A stretch of DNA of 64,000 bases from an uncultured Desulfarculus sp. (GTDB taxonomy: Bacteria; Desulfobacterota; Desulfarculia; Desulfarculales; Desulfarculaceae), in contig CAXXUK010000002.1 in assembly GCA_963665125.2 (NCBI GenBank), positions 384,001 to 448,000 on the forward strand. The letters are read 5' to 3'. The position numbers were made by a program, and so were the translations under genes. This document shows, piece after piece, positions 36,518-46,882 of this stretch (its first letter is position 1; the number at the start of each line of letters is the position of its first letter). The notes below the pieces were generated by a model. It was not told where the DNA came from. It made no database searches and saw only the letters and a list, made by a program, of their open reading frames with translations.

Positions 36518-39214
36518 CTACAACGCTTTTTCCATTTTCACCGCGCAGGCCTTGAACTCGGCGGTGTGGGATATCGGGTCGATTGCCGTGTTGGTCAGCC
36601 AGTTGGCGCAGCCCTCCCGGAAATGGAAAGCCATCCAGACCAGGCCCTGGGGCACCTCGGGGGTAATTCTGGCCCGGATCGTTACGCTGCCGCGCCGGGA
36701 ACTGAGCTTGACCTTGTCGCCTTGGCCAATGCCCAGGGCCTCGGCGTCGGCGGCCGAGATGTCGGCCGTTTCTTCGCCCAACAGATCGTTGAGTCCGCCG
36801 CAGCGGCCGGTCTGGGTCCGGGTGTGGTAGTGATAAAGCCTTCTGCCCGTGCTGAGTACCAGCGGGTATTCCGCGTCGGGCACCTCGGCGGGCGGGGTCC
36901 AGTCCAGGGCCACCAGGTTGCCTAGGCCGCAGGTGAACTTGCCCTCCAGATGCAGGCAAGGCGTGCCCTTGTGCTTGAGGTCGGGCACGGGCCATTGCAG
37001 GCCGTCTCCCTCGATTCGGCGGTACTTGATGCCGGCGAACGGCGGCGAGAGTTCCGAAACCTCGTTATCCCAGATGGCCTTGCCGCTGTTGGACTTCCAA
37101 TCCTGGCCCATGCGCCTGGCGATCTCCTTGAAGATCCACCAGTTGGGTTTGGCGTCTCCAGGCGGGTCCACGGCCTTGCGCACCCTGTTGACCCGGCGCT
37201 CGGAGTTGGTGAACGTGCCGTCGTCTTCGCTCCAGGCCGCGGCCGGGAAGACGACATCGGCAAAGCGGGTGGTCTCGGTGGGGAAGATGTCGTTGCAGAC
37301 CAGGAATTCGGCCGATTCCAGGCAGTGCTCCACGTGGCGGATGTCCGGCTCGGTGTTGGCGATGTTTTCGCCGAAAATATACAGGGCCTTGATATTGCCG
37401 TCGGCCAGGCCTTCGATCATGGCCGGGATCATCAGGCCGTTTTTATCGGGCAGGGAGTCCACGCCCCAGGCCTCGGCGAATTTCTTGTTGGAGGCCGGGT
37501 CGATGACCTTCTGGTAGCCGGGGTAGATATTGGGCAGCGCGCCCATGTCGCAGGCGCCCTGGACGTTGTTCTGGCCGCGGAGAGGGTTGACGCCGCCGCA
37601 CTCGAAACCCACGTTGCCCAGGAGCATCTGCAAATTGGCGGTGCTCATGACGTTGTTGACGCCACAGGTGTGCTCGGTGATGCCCAGGGTGTAGATGAGC
37701 ATGGCCGGTTTGACCGAGGCCAGGTCCCGGGCCACCTTGCGAATTACATCGGCGTCGATGCCGCTGATTTCGGCGGCCCGTTCGGGCGGGTATTCCATGA
37801 CCTTGGCCTTGAGCTCCTCAAAGCCCACGGTGCAGGAATCGACGTACTTCTTGTCGTATAGGTCCTCGGTGATCAATACGTGCATCAGGCCGTTGATCAA
37901 GGCCACGTCCGAGCCGACCTTGATCTGCATGTGCGTCTCGGCGTATTGGGCCAGGGCCGTGGCCCGGGGGTCGGCCAGGATCATCCGCGCTCCGTTGTTC
38001 ATGGCGTTCTTGACGAACGTGGCGGCAACGGGGTGAGCTTCGGTCATGTTGGAGCCGATGACAAAGAACATCTTGGCCTTGTCGAAATCGGCAAAAGAGT
38101 TGGTCATGGCGCCCGAGCCGAAAGACTGGGCCAGGCCCGCCACGGTGGGGGCGTGGCAGGTGCGGGCGCAATGGTCGATGTTGTTGGTGCCGATCACCGC
38201 CCTGAAGAGCTTCTGCATGTTGTAGGAGTCTTCGTTGATGCTGCGGGCGCAGCTGATGCCGGCCAGGGCGTCGGGGCCGTGCTGCTTTTTGATCTCCAGG
38301 AATTTGTTTGCCACCAGATCCAGGGCTTCGTCCCAGGAGGCCTCGCGGAATTTGCCCTTCTCCTTGATCAGAGGCGTGGTCAGGCGCTCGTCGCTGTGGA
38401 TGAAGTCGTAGCCGAAGCGGCCCTTGACGCACAGGCGGCCCCGGTTGGGCTGGGCGTCTTCCACGGCCGTGACCTTGACGATGCGGTTGTCCTTGACGTG
38501 GAGCAACTGCTGGCAGCCCACGCCGCAATAGGGGCAGGTGGTGCGGATCTTTTCCATTTGCCAGGGCCGTCCCATGCGCACGGCTTTTTTTTCGGTGAGC
38601 GCCCCGGTGGGGCAGACCTGCACGCACTGGCCGCAGAACACGCAGTCGCTGTCTTGGTAGGGCCGGTCTCCGGCGGTGACGATCTTGCTGGCCGCGCCGC
38701 GGTAGCCGTAGCCGATGGCCCGGTTGACCTGGACCTCGTTGCAGGCCTGCACGCAGCGTCCGCAGAGTATGCACTTGGCAAAGTCTCGGATGATCAGGGG
38801 GTTGTCGTCTTCCACAGCGTAGGATGTGGTGCGGCCCTCGAAACGCACCCGCTCCACCTGGTATTCATAGGCCAGCTTCTGGAGTTGGCAGGCGCCGTTG
38901 GCCTCGCAGACCAGGCAGTCGTGGTCGCCGCTGGCCAATAGCAGCTCAAGGTTGAGCTTGCGGGCGTAGTGCACTTTTTCGGTGTCGGTCTGGACCTCCA
39001 TGCCGTTATTGGCGGGCACGGTGCACGAGGCCATCAGGGATCTGGCACCGGCTACCTCCACCAGGCACATGCGGCAAGCCCCTGTGGGCGTGCAGCCGGG
39101 CAAATGGCAGAGCGTGGGGATTTCTATGCCGTTTTCGCGGGCCACTTCCAAGATCGTCTGTCCCGGTTGGAAAGTAAGCTCGCGTCCGTTAATGGTGAGC
39201 TTGGGCTTGGCCAT
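36518..39214 (-). CDS. fdhF: Cytoplasmic formate dehydrogenase alpha subunit, Cys form (N-terminal 2Fe-2S/4Fe-4S + Mo/W-bisPGD)
   Basis: PTLC, GACRMC, CILCGRC, CVFCGQC, CPYCGVGC, DHCARTCHAPT, PLRGQNNVQG; no Tat signal. Confidence 0.93.
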   Translation of the reverse strand: MAKPKLTINGRELTFQPGQTILEVARENGIEIPTLCHLPGCTPTGACRMCLVEVAGARSLMASCTVPANNGMEVQTDTEKVHYARKLNLELLLASGDHDCLVCEANGACQLQKLAYEYQVERVRFEGRTTSYAVEDDNPLIIRDFAKCILCGRCVQACNEVQVNRAIGYGYRGAASKIVTAGDRPYQDSDCVFCGQCVQVCPTGALTEKKAVRMGRPWQMEKIRTTCPYCGVGCQQLLHVKDNRIVKVTAVEDAQPNRGRLCVKGRFGYDFIHSDERLTTPLIKEKGKFREASWDEALDLVANKFLEIKKQHGPDALAGISCARSINEDSYNMQKLFRAVIGTNNIDHCARTCHAPTVAGLAQSFGSGAMTNSFADFDKAKMFFVIGSNMTEAHPVAATFVKNAMNNGARMILADPRATALAQYAETHMQIKVGSDVALINGLMHVLITEDLYDKKYVDSCTVGFEELKAKVMEYPPERAAEISGIDADVIRKVARDLASVKPAMLIYTLGITEHTCGVNNVMSTANLQMLLGNVGFECGGVNPLRGQNNVQGACDMGALPNIYPGYQKVIDPASNKKFAEAWGVDSLPDKNGLMIPAMIEGLADGNIKALYIFGENIANTEPDIRHVEHCLESAEFLVCNDIFPTETTRFADVVFPAAAWSEDDGTFTNSERRVNRVRKAVDPPGDAKPNWWIFKEIARRMGQDWKSNSGKAIWDNEVSELSPPFAGIKYRRIEGDGLQWPVPDLKHKGTPCLHLEGKFTCGLGNLVALDWTPPAEVPDAEYPLVLSTGRRLYHYHTRTQTGRCGGLNDLLGEETADISAADAEALGIGQGDKVKLSSRRGSVTIRARITPEVPQGLVWMAFHFREGCANWLTNTAIDPISHTAEFKACAVKMEKAL

Positions 39215-39286
39215 CGCTATCTCCGGACGTGATTAATATAGAATATTGATATTTATAAAATCTATTGGTACCGATAATATTAACCG

Positions 39287-39315
39287 ATATGTCATCCGGG
39301 ACATATAGCACAAAA
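39287..39315 (-). promoter_or_regulatory. Palindromic operator and -10 region upstream of Cys-fdh
   Basis: ATATGTC-N6-GACATAT followed by AGCACAAA; starts 74 bp from the start codon. Confidence 0.6.
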
Positions 39316-39414
39316 ACAGCGTCCTTTAAAGCCATGATTTGAAATACTTCTGTAAGAGTCAGGTGTATTTGGGGCGTGGTCTGACGGATAGATTCTCAAC
39401 CAGCGTAAAGGACG

Positions 39415-39445
39415 AAAAAAACCGGCCGGAGGTGATCCGGCCGGT
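39415..39445 (-). terminator. Rho-independent terminator of Sec-fdh
   Basis: ACCGGCCGGA-N5-TCCGGCCGGT followed by a T-run on the minus strand. Confidence 0.85.
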
Positions 39446-39471
39446 GAATGATATGTTTTATTTAACCTAGG

Positions 39472-42165
39472 TTAAGCGCGTTCCAGCTTGACGGCGCAGG
39501 CCTTGTATTCAGCGGTCTGGGAGACCGGATCATAAACCGGGTTGGTCAGCCAGTTGGCGCAGCCCTCCCGGAAGTGGAAGGCCATCCAGACCATGCCCTG
39601 GGGCACCTCGGGGGTGATCCGGGCCTTGACCGTGACGCTGCCGCGCCGGGAGCTGAGCTTGACCATCTCGCCCTGGCCGATGCCCAGGGCCTCGGCGTCG
39701 GCGGCCGAGATGTCGGCGGTTTCCTGGCCCAGCAGGTCGTTGAGTCCGCCGCTGCGGCCGGTCTGGGTCCGGGTGTGGTAATGGTAGAGCCGCCTGCCCG
39801 TGCTGAGCACCAGGGGGTAGTTTTCGTCGGGCACCTCGGCGGGCGGGGTCCAGTCCACGGGGACCAGGTTGCCCAGGCCGCAGGTGAACTTGCCTTCCTT
39901 GTGCAGGCAAGGGGTGCCCTTGTGCTTGAGGTCGGGCACGGGCCATTGCAGACCGTCGCCTTCGATGCGGCGGTATTTGATGCCCGCCATGGACGGCGCC
40001 AGTTCCGAAAGTTCATTGTCCCAGATGGCCTTGGCGCTGTTTGATTTCCACTCATGGCCCATGCGCCTGGCGATCTCCTTGAAGATCCACCAGTTGGGCT
40101 TGGCGTCGCCCGGGGCGTCCACGGCCTTGCGCACCCGGTTGACCCGGCGCTCGGAGTTGGTGAACGTGCCGTCGTCCTCGCTCCAGGCCGCGGCCGGGAG
40201 CACCACGTCGGCGAACTTGGTCGTCTCGGTGGGGAAGATGTCGTTGCAGACCAGGAACTCGGCCGATTCCAGGCAGTGCTCCACGTGGCGGATGTCCGGC
40301 TCGGTGTTGGCCAGGTTTTCGCCGAACACGTAGAAGGCCTTGACCTTTCCGCTGACCAGGCCGTCCATCATGGCCGGCATCATCAGGCCGTTCTGGTTGG
40401 GCAGGGAATCCACGCCCCAGAACTCGGCGAATTTCTTGTTGGCCGCCGGGTCAATGACCTTCTGGTAGCCGGGGTAGACATTGGGCAGCGCGCCCATGTC
40501 GCAGGCGCCCTGGACGTTGTTCTGGCCCCTGAGGGGGTTAACGCCGCCGCACTCGAAGCCCACGTTGCCCAGGAGCATTTGCAGGTTGGCGCAGCTCATG
40601 ACGTTGTTGACGCCGCAGGTGTGCTCGGTGATGCCCAGGGTGTAGATGAGCATGGCCGGTTTGACCGAAGCCAGATCCCGGGCCACCTTGCGGATGGCCT
40701 CGGCGTCAATGCCGCTGATCTCGGCGGCCCGTTCGGGCGGATATTCCATGACCTTGGCCTTGAGTTCCTCAAAGCCCACGGTGCAGGAATTTACGTATTT
40801 TTCATCGTAGAGGCCCTCGGTGATCAGCACGTTCATGATGCCGTTCAACAGGGCGATGTCAGAACCGACCTTGAGCGGCAGATGCGTCTCGGCGAATTCG
40901 GTAAGAGCCGTGGCCCTGGGGTCGACCACGATGAGCCTGGCGCCGTTGTTCACGGCGTTTTTAACGAAGGTGGAGGCCACGGGATGGGCCTCGGTCATGT
41001 TGGAGCCGATGACAAAGAACATCTTGGCCTTGTCGAAATCGGCAAAAGAGTTGGTCATCGCACCCGAGCCGAAGGAAGTCGCCAGACCGGCGACAGTGGG
41101 AGCGTGTCAGGTACGTGCGCAGTGGTCGATATTATTTGTACCGATCACCGCGCGGAAGAGCTTTTGCATGTTGTAGGAGTCTTCATTGATGCTGCGGGCG
41201 CAGCTTACGCCGGCGATGGCGTCGGGCCCGTGCTCCTTTTTGATCTCCATGAATTTACCCGCCACAAGGTCCAGGGCTTCGTCCCAGGAGGCCTCGCGGA
41301 ATTTGCCGTTCTCCTTGATCAGCGGCGTGGTCAGGCGTTCGTCGCTGTGGATGAAGTCGTAGCCGAAGCGGCCCTTGACGCAGAGGCGGCCCCTGTTGGG
41401 CTGGGCGTCCTCGACGGCCATGACCTTGACCACCTTGCCGTCCTTGACGTAGAGCTCCATCTGACAGCCCACGCCGCAGTAGGGGCAGGTCGTGCGGACC
41501 TTTTCGAACTGCCAGGAGCGGCCTTTGCCCTTGGCCTTTTTCTCGGTCAGGGCGCCGGTGGGGCAGACCTGCACGCACTGGCCGCAGAACACGCAGTCGC
41601 TCTCGTGGTAGGGCCGGTCTCCGGAGGTGACGATCTTGCTGGCCGCGCCGCGGTAGCCGTAGCCGATGGCCCGGTTGACCTGGACCTCGTTGCAGGCCTG
41701 AACGCAGCGCCCGCAGAGGATGCACTTGGCGAAGTCGCGGACGATCAGGGGGTTTATATCTTCCACCTCGTAGGATGTCGTGCGGCCTTCGAAGCGCACG
41801 TTTTCCACGCCGTACTCATAGGCCAGGGCCTGGAGCTTGCAGGCGCCGTTGGCCTCGCAGACCAGACAGTCGTGGTCGCCGCTGGCTAAAAGCAGCTCAA
41901 GGTTGAGCTTGCGGGCGTGGTGAATTTTCGGGGTGTCGGTGAGCACGACCATGCCGTCGTTGGCCGGCACGGTGCACGAGGCCATCAGGGACCTGGCGCC
42001 CTGAAGCTCGACCAGGCACATGCGGCAGGCCCCGGTGGGCGTGCAGTCCTTGAGGTAGCACAGGGTGGGTATGTTCACGCCGTTGTCCTGGGCCACCTGT
42101 AGGATGGTCTGGCCCGGCGCGAAGGATACCTCCTTGCCGTTAAGAGTTAGTTTGGGTTTTGACAT
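39472..42165 (-). CDS. fdhF: Formate dehydrogenase alpha subunit, selenocysteine form (in-frame UGA at 41107-41109)
   Basis: The two track ORFs join in frame through TGA: DHCART-U-HAPTVAGLATSFG. The UGA aligns with the Cys of the neighbouring paralogue; selA is present in the window. Confidence 0.95.
41078..41094 (-). promoter_or_regulatory. Bacterial SECIS hairpin
   Basis: GUCGCC-GGUCU-GGCGAC starting 12 nt after the UGA; absent from the Cys paralogue. Confidence 0.85.
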
Positions 42166-42238
42166 TGCAGTCTCCCGGCCGCTCTTGGGGCGATACGAAC
42201 GAATCATGATATATCGTAAAGGTAAGTGGAACTAATCG

Positions 42239-42265
42239 TATGTCAGCTATGGCATATAACACAAA
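42239..42265 (-). promoter_or_regulatory. Palindromic operator and -10 region upstream of Sec-fdh
   Basis: TATGTC-N6-GGCATA followed by TAACACAAA; starts 74 bp from the start codon. Confidence 0.6.
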
Positions 42266-42335
42266 TGTCATACAGCGAAAAGTGATATTTGTCCAACAAT
42301 CTGAATTGATAGAAAAAACCGATATTACATATAGG

Positions 42336-42366
42336 AAAAACGGGAGTGGCCGTCCGGCCGCTCCCG
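42336..42366 (-). terminator. Rho-independent terminator of the sulP/two-component operon
   Basis: CGGGAGTGGCC-GTCC-GGCCGCTCCCG with a T-run on the minus strand. Confidence 0.75.
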
Positions 42367-42394
42367 CTGAAAAGACTGGAATGGCTTCGCGCCG

Positions 42395-42826
42395 CTACCA
42401 GCCGAACCTCTTCATGATATCGTTGACGGCCTGCTGGCGGTCTTCTTGTTCGATCTGGATACGTTTGGCCTGGCCCTGCTTGATCTTTTCGGCCAGCGTG
42501 TCGAGATTGGCCGGCTTTTCCAGGAAATCCATGGCACCCGCCTTCATAGCCTGGATGCCCTTTTCGACAGTGGCGTGGCCGGTCAAAAGGATTATCTGCA
42601 AGTCGGGTTTCTTGGCCAGGGCCTGTTTGAGGGTTTCCAGTCCGTCCTGGCCCGGCATCATCATATCCAACACTATGGCGTCGTATATTTTTTCTTCGAT
42701 CTTGGCCAGAGCGGCCGGACCGTTCTCGGCGGTGTCCACCTGGAAGCCACGCAGGCCGAGGCGCTCGCTGGCGGACTCCAAAAACTCGATCTCGTCATCC
42801 ACTAAAAGGACTTTGGCCTCGGACAT
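42395..42826 (-). CDS. Single-domain response regulator
   Basis: LLVDDE, LDMMMPG, LTGH, LEKP. Confidence 0.92.
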   Translation of the reverse strand: MSEAKVLLVDDEIEFLESASERLGLRGFQVDTAENGPAALAKIEEKIYDAIVLDMMMPGQDGLETLKQALAKKPDLQIILLTGHATVEKGIQAMKAGAMDFLEKPANLDTLAEKIKQGQAKRIQIEQEDRQQAVNDIMKRFGW

Positions 42827-42869
42827 GACACCCTCCTCGCAATTGATCCGTTATACGGAAATGTTCTGA

Positions 42870-43490
42870 TTATTCCGCCATGCACAGTATCAGGTTACCG
42901 CTGTCTGCGGTGAGGCGGCAACCCAAAGCCTCCAGAAGCTCCTGGGAAGGCCCTTGGGGAGTCTGGGTGTAGTTCGCGCTGAATTTGATTTCGGTTTGGC
43001 CGTTTACCGCGGCCGCCGTGATGACCACGGCGCCGCCCTTTTCAGCGGCTTCGGCCGCTCCGGCCAGACAGGCCCACACGGCCTGCTGAAACAGCATGGG
43101 CGGATGGGCCAAGCCAAGGGCCTCGGGCATCTGGCCCAACTCCAGGGTCAAGCCCTTGATGGAAGCCAAGCGCTTGTAAAACTCAACCACCAGGGCCACC
43201 GAGTCGGCCACGTTGGTCAGATCACGGTCCAGGTCGCCGCTGTGGGCAAAGGTGTTGAGCCGTTTGATGACGACATCGGCCTGGCCGATGCGCACGATGA
43301 CCCGGCTGATGAGGCTTTCCAGGCGCGACGGATCGACCTCGCGGCCCTGGGCCGCCAACATCAACAACTCCTTGATCAGGCCGCTCTGCTCGTTGATCAC
43401 GGCCAGTTCGTTTTTTATCTCGTGGGTGGCGCTGGCGGTTACCGCCCCGCTGAACGCGGCCATCCCCTTGTAGGCGCTTTTCCAATCCAC
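42870..43490 (-). CDS. HisKA-like protein with degenerate ATPase domain (putative phosphotransferase)
   Basis: H-box THEIKNELAVINEQSGL; no recognisable N, G1 or G2 boxes. Confidence 0.7.
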   Translation of the reverse strand: MDWKSAYKGMAAFSGAVTASATHEIKNELAVINEQSGLIKELLMLAAQGREVDPSRLESLISRVIVRIGQADVVIKRLNTFAHSGDLDRDLTNVADSVALVVEFYKRLASIKGLTLELGQMPEALGLAHPPMLFQQAVWACLAGAAEAAEKGGAVVITAAAVNGQTEIKFSANYTQTPQGPSQELLEALGCRLTADSGNLILCMAE

Positions 43491-43507
43491 TGCTGGGGGC
43501 TCCTTCC

Positions 43508-43861
43508 TTATGACGGGTTGCCCTGCATATAGGCCAACAGGACGTCGATGTCCACCGGCTTGACCAGATATTTGTCCGCGCCCAGGCGAATGGCTTCGTT
43601 GAGTTCGTCTCCGGAGCTGTGACCGGTCAATAGGATGATGCGGGCCAGAGGCTGTTCCCGCTTGATGGCCTTAATGGTTTCCAAACCGCTCAAACCCGGC
43701 ATCTTGAGGTCGATCACAACCCAGTCGTAATTGCGCTCGCGAACCCGTTGCAGACCCTGTTCGCCGCTTGTGGCCCAATCATTGGTTATGTCCCGCAGAT
43801 CAAGCCGCTCGGACAGGGTCGTAACCAGTTCCTTTTCATCATCGATCAAAAGAATTCTCAT
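43508..43861 (-). CDS. Single-domain response regulator
   Basis: LLIDDE, IDLKMPG, LTGH, LVKP. Confidence 0.92.
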   Translation of the reverse strand: MRILLIDDEKELVTTLSERLDLRDITNDWATSGEQGLQRVRERNYDWVVIDLKMPGLSGLETIKAIKREQPLARIILLTGHSSGDELNEAIRLGADKYLVKPVDIDVLLAYMQGNPS

Positions 43862-45657
43862 ACCGAACTATCACCTTCCACCAGTGGGTTTGGATATTTT
43901 TCCTCTGGTCCTGAATCGTCTTCGCTTTTACTTTCGATCATGCGCGGGGCAACGTCGGCCGGTAAAAACACGTGGAATGTGGTGCCTTTTTGTTCCAGGC
44001 TCTCGACTTCTATGGTGCCGCCCATTTTTTGGACGATGCCGTAGGTGATCGAAAGCCCGAGACCGGTGCCCCGCTCGCCCTTGGTGGAGAAAAACGGTTC
44101 AAATATTTTTAGCAGGTCAGCGGCGGGAATGCCGACTCCGTCGTCGGCAATGGCCACTTCAACCCGGTGTTCGCCTTTGACCTTGGCGCTGATGTCGATG
44201 TTGCCGCCTTTTTGCACGGCGGCCATGGCGTTGTTGAGGATGTTCAAAAACACCTGCTGCAACTGGCCCCGGTCACCGTTGACCGGAGGCACGTCCCGGT
44301 CGATATTGAGGCTGATCTTTATATTGCGGTATTCCGCCTCGCGGCCCAGGAAGCCCAACACTTCGTTGAGCAGGCCGTCGAGGTGGATCTGTTCGCGTTT
44401 GACCGGCAGATGCCGGGCAAAGCCCAAAAGCCTGTGGGTGATGTCGCTGACCCGTTTCACCGATTTCTGGATCACGCCTATTTGCTGCAGGAACTTTTCC
44501 TTGCGGGGGAAGTCGTCGCCCAGCTTGAGCAGGTCTTCCATGAGGCCGACCTTTTCATTGATGATTGCAACCGGGTTGTTTATTTCATGGGCCACGCCGG
44601 CGGCCAGGCGGCCGATGGATGCCAGCTTGTTGGTGTATTCGACTTCGTGAAGCACCGAGGCGCGGCGAAGGTCGGCCACGTAGATGCGGCTGACCAGGGT
44701 TGTTGAGCCCCACCAGATCACGCCGAGAATTATCAGCACCGACACCGAGACGACGATGACCAGGTTGATGCCCAGGGCGCCCCATTTTTTCAGCAGCACA
44801 CCGGGCCGGTGGATCACCACCAAGGTGAAGGGGGTGTCCTCGATATTGGCCATGCCCATGAACAGGCGTTCGTCTTGCTCGTTGATTACCTCGCTGATCC
44901 CTTCCCAGTCCTTGCGCGACTCGGGAAGAAGGCCGAACTGGGCCAGAACCCCCCCGAAATGGCGCGACGGCGTCTGCAATTTGCCCTGTTGGTTGACCAG
45001 GAAGATTTCCGAGACATCCTGGGGGCTTTCGCCCCGGACCATCTGATTGAGCCGGCCAGTGTCGATGGTGGCCCGCAGCACGGCTGGCCCCTCTCCGCCC
45101 TCTTCATGACGCACCGCGATAACCATGTGCGGGAAATTGCGGTGGCCCATGAACACGTCGCTGACATAGGCGCCCCGGATCAGGGCCACCTGGTACCACT
45201 CCTGGTCCCGGTAGTCCACGTCCGAAAGGTTGTATGGCCCCACATAGGCCTTTTGGATGCCCAGAAAGTTGATCAGGCCCAGGTCCACGAAGCCGCCGAA
45301 TGAATAACGCAATTGGCGGAAAATCAGCGACAGCCGCTTGGCGTCGCTGAGCTGATTGGTGGTGTTGTCCAAGTTGACAAAGGTCAGCGCCGCCTGGGCC
45401 GTATTCAAAAAGTCGGTGACTTGCAGCTTGGCCGTGCTCATCTCCCGTTGCATCTGGATGATGATCTCGTTGCGCTGCAATTCATACTGGCGGTCATATT
45501 GGAAAAAGTTCACCCCGGCCAGGACAAACACCGGCGTCAGGGAGGCGATGACCGCCGCCCAGAATGTGGTTTTCCACAAACGCCTGTAGTCCAGCAGTTC
45601 GACTTGTCCGTCCTGCCTGTGCCAAAAATCCGGGCGGAATTTTTGCCAAAAGCTCAT
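43858..45657 (-). CDS. Membrane sensor histidine kinase with Cache-like periplasmic domain
   Basis: Two TMs, YRDQEWY..YVSDVF, AHEINNP, NILNNA, DDGVGI, FFSTK, GTGLGL. Confidence 0.93.
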   Translation of the reverse strand: MSFWQKFRPDFWHRQDGQVELLDYRRLWKTTFWAAVIASLTPVFVLAGVNFFQYDRQYELQRNEIIIQMQREMSTAKLQVTDFLNTAQAALTFVNLDNTTNQLSDAKRLSLIFRQLRYSFGGFVDLGLINFLGIQKAYVGPYNLSDVDYRDQEWYQVALIRGAYVSDVFMGHRNFPHMVIAVRHEEGGEGPAVLRATIDTGRLNQMVRGESPQDVSEIFLVNQQGKLQTPSRHFGGVLAQFGLLPESRKDWEGISEVINEQDERLFMGMANIEDTPFTLVVIHRPGVLLKKWGALGINLVIVVSVSVLIILGVIWWGSTTLVSRIYVADLRRASVLHEVEYTNKLASIGRLAAGVAHEINNPVAIINEKVGLMEDLLKLGDDFPRKEKFLQQIGVIQKSVKRVSDITHRLLGFARHLPVKREQIHLDGLLNEVLGFLGREAEYRNIKISLNIDRDVPPVNGDRGQLQQVFLNILNNAMAAVQKGGNIDISAKVKGEHRVEVAIADDGVGIPAADLLKIFEPFFSTKGERGTGLGLSITYGIVQKMGGTIEVESLEQKGTTFHVFLPADVAPRMIESKSEDDSGPEEKYPNPLVEGDSSV

Positions 45658-45658
45658 T

Positions 45659-46882
45659 TTATTCCTGTCGGGCTTTGATCTTGTCGTAGGCCTCTTGCAT
45701 GACCTGGGACAGCTTTTCGATGTCCACCGGCTTCTCAAGATAGGCGAACGCGCCCAACTCCATGCACTGCTGGCGGTCGCGGTCGGAGCCGTGACCGGTG
45801 AGGATGATCACCTCCACCTCGGGGTGGTCGCGCTTGGTCCGCTTGAGGACCTCCACGCCGTCGATGCCGGGCATCTTCAGGTCCAGGACCATGACCTCGG
45901 GCTCATCCTCGGAGACCAGCTTGAGTGCCTGCTCGCCGTCGTAGACCACGGCCGATCCGATTTCCCGCAGCAGCAGGCGTTCGGAAAGCGTCTGGACGAA
46001 TTCACGCTCGTCGTCGACCAAAAGAACCTTGCTGGGCAGCTTGAAGTCGGCCCGGCGGTAGACATCGGCCTGGTAGTAGCCCGGACCGGCCTCAACGTCC
46101 ACGTCCTTGACGCCGTCGACCTTTTGGGCCAGCTTGGCCAACTCTTCCTGCAGGCGGCCCAGGAGCATGACTTTTTTGTTGATTTGGACTTTTACCTTGC
46201 CCTTGGAGGCGGACACGCTCAGATCTTTGGGCGTGTGCCCTTCCTTGACCAGGGCCTGTTCCACCTGGGCGGCCAGCAGCGCGTCTTTGGCGGCCCGGAT
46301 TGATGATTCGTTGAAGGCCAGGGTGCCGGAAGACGCGTGGTCCAGGATAAGTTTTACCGCTTTTTCTACGCCGGTTTTGCCCATGGGAATCAGGATATCG
46401 TACTTGGACGGATCCCAGGGCTCGCAATCCATGACATATTCGGCCCAGCGGAATGCCGCTTCGTCGTCGCGGTGGATGCGCGACATGGCTTCCTTTGGGC
46501 TCACGTTCAGGGTGGCCGCGGCCTTTTCGGCCCGTTTCGAGGCATCGGCGGCCAGGCATACCTGGAGCACGTGACTGATGTTGCGCGGAACCAGCAGTGA
46601 CCCGTAACCCAGGAACACGGCCGAGTTTTCCATGGTCAGTTCGAGCATGGCCAGCTTGAGGCTGGTTATGCCGATCTCCCGCTCCCTGGAAAACATGTTG
46701 AATACCGAAGGCTTGCCGTATATGGCCTTGCGCAGCGCCGCTTCTGCCGCTCCGCTGGCGGCGGCGGCTTTGCTTATCAGATCATCGTCGGTAGCCAGTT
46801 GCGTTCCCATTTCGCGGGCCAACTCCTGGGCCACGTCCCGGCCGCCCACAAAAGATCCGCTGAATATATTGACCATGCTCAT
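45659..46882 (-). CDS. Cytidylate-kinase-like domain + BON-like segment + receiver domain protein
   Basis: IFSGSFVGGRDVAQELA N-terminus, DPSKYDILI; C-terminal LLVDDE..LDLKMPG..LTGH..EKP. Confidence 0.8.
   Translation of the reverse strand: MSMVNIFSGSFVGGRDVAQELAREMGTQLATDDDLISKAAAASGAAEAALRKAIYGKPSVFNMFSREREIGITSLKLAMLELTMENSAVFLGYGSLLVPRNISHVLQVCLAADASKRAEKAAATLNVSPKEAMSRIHRDDEAAFRWAEYVMDCEPWDPSKYDILIPMGKTGVEKAVKLILDHASSGTLAFNESSIRAAKDALLAAQVEQALVKEGHTPKDLSVSASKGKVKVQINKKVMLLGRLQEELAKLAQKVDGVKDVDVEAGPGYYQADVYRRADFKLPSKVLLVDDEREFVQTLSERLLLREIGSAVVYDGEQALKLVSEDEPEVMVLDLKMPGIDGVEVLKRTKRDHPEVEVIILTGHGSDRDRQQCMELGAFAYLEKPVDIEKLSQVMQEAYDKIKARQE

Noticed and set aside
41107..41109. Apparent premature stop making the second fdh a pseudogene or two genes
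   Set aside because: The TGA is in frame at the catalytic Cys/Sec position, is followed by a SECIS hairpin, and selA is present.
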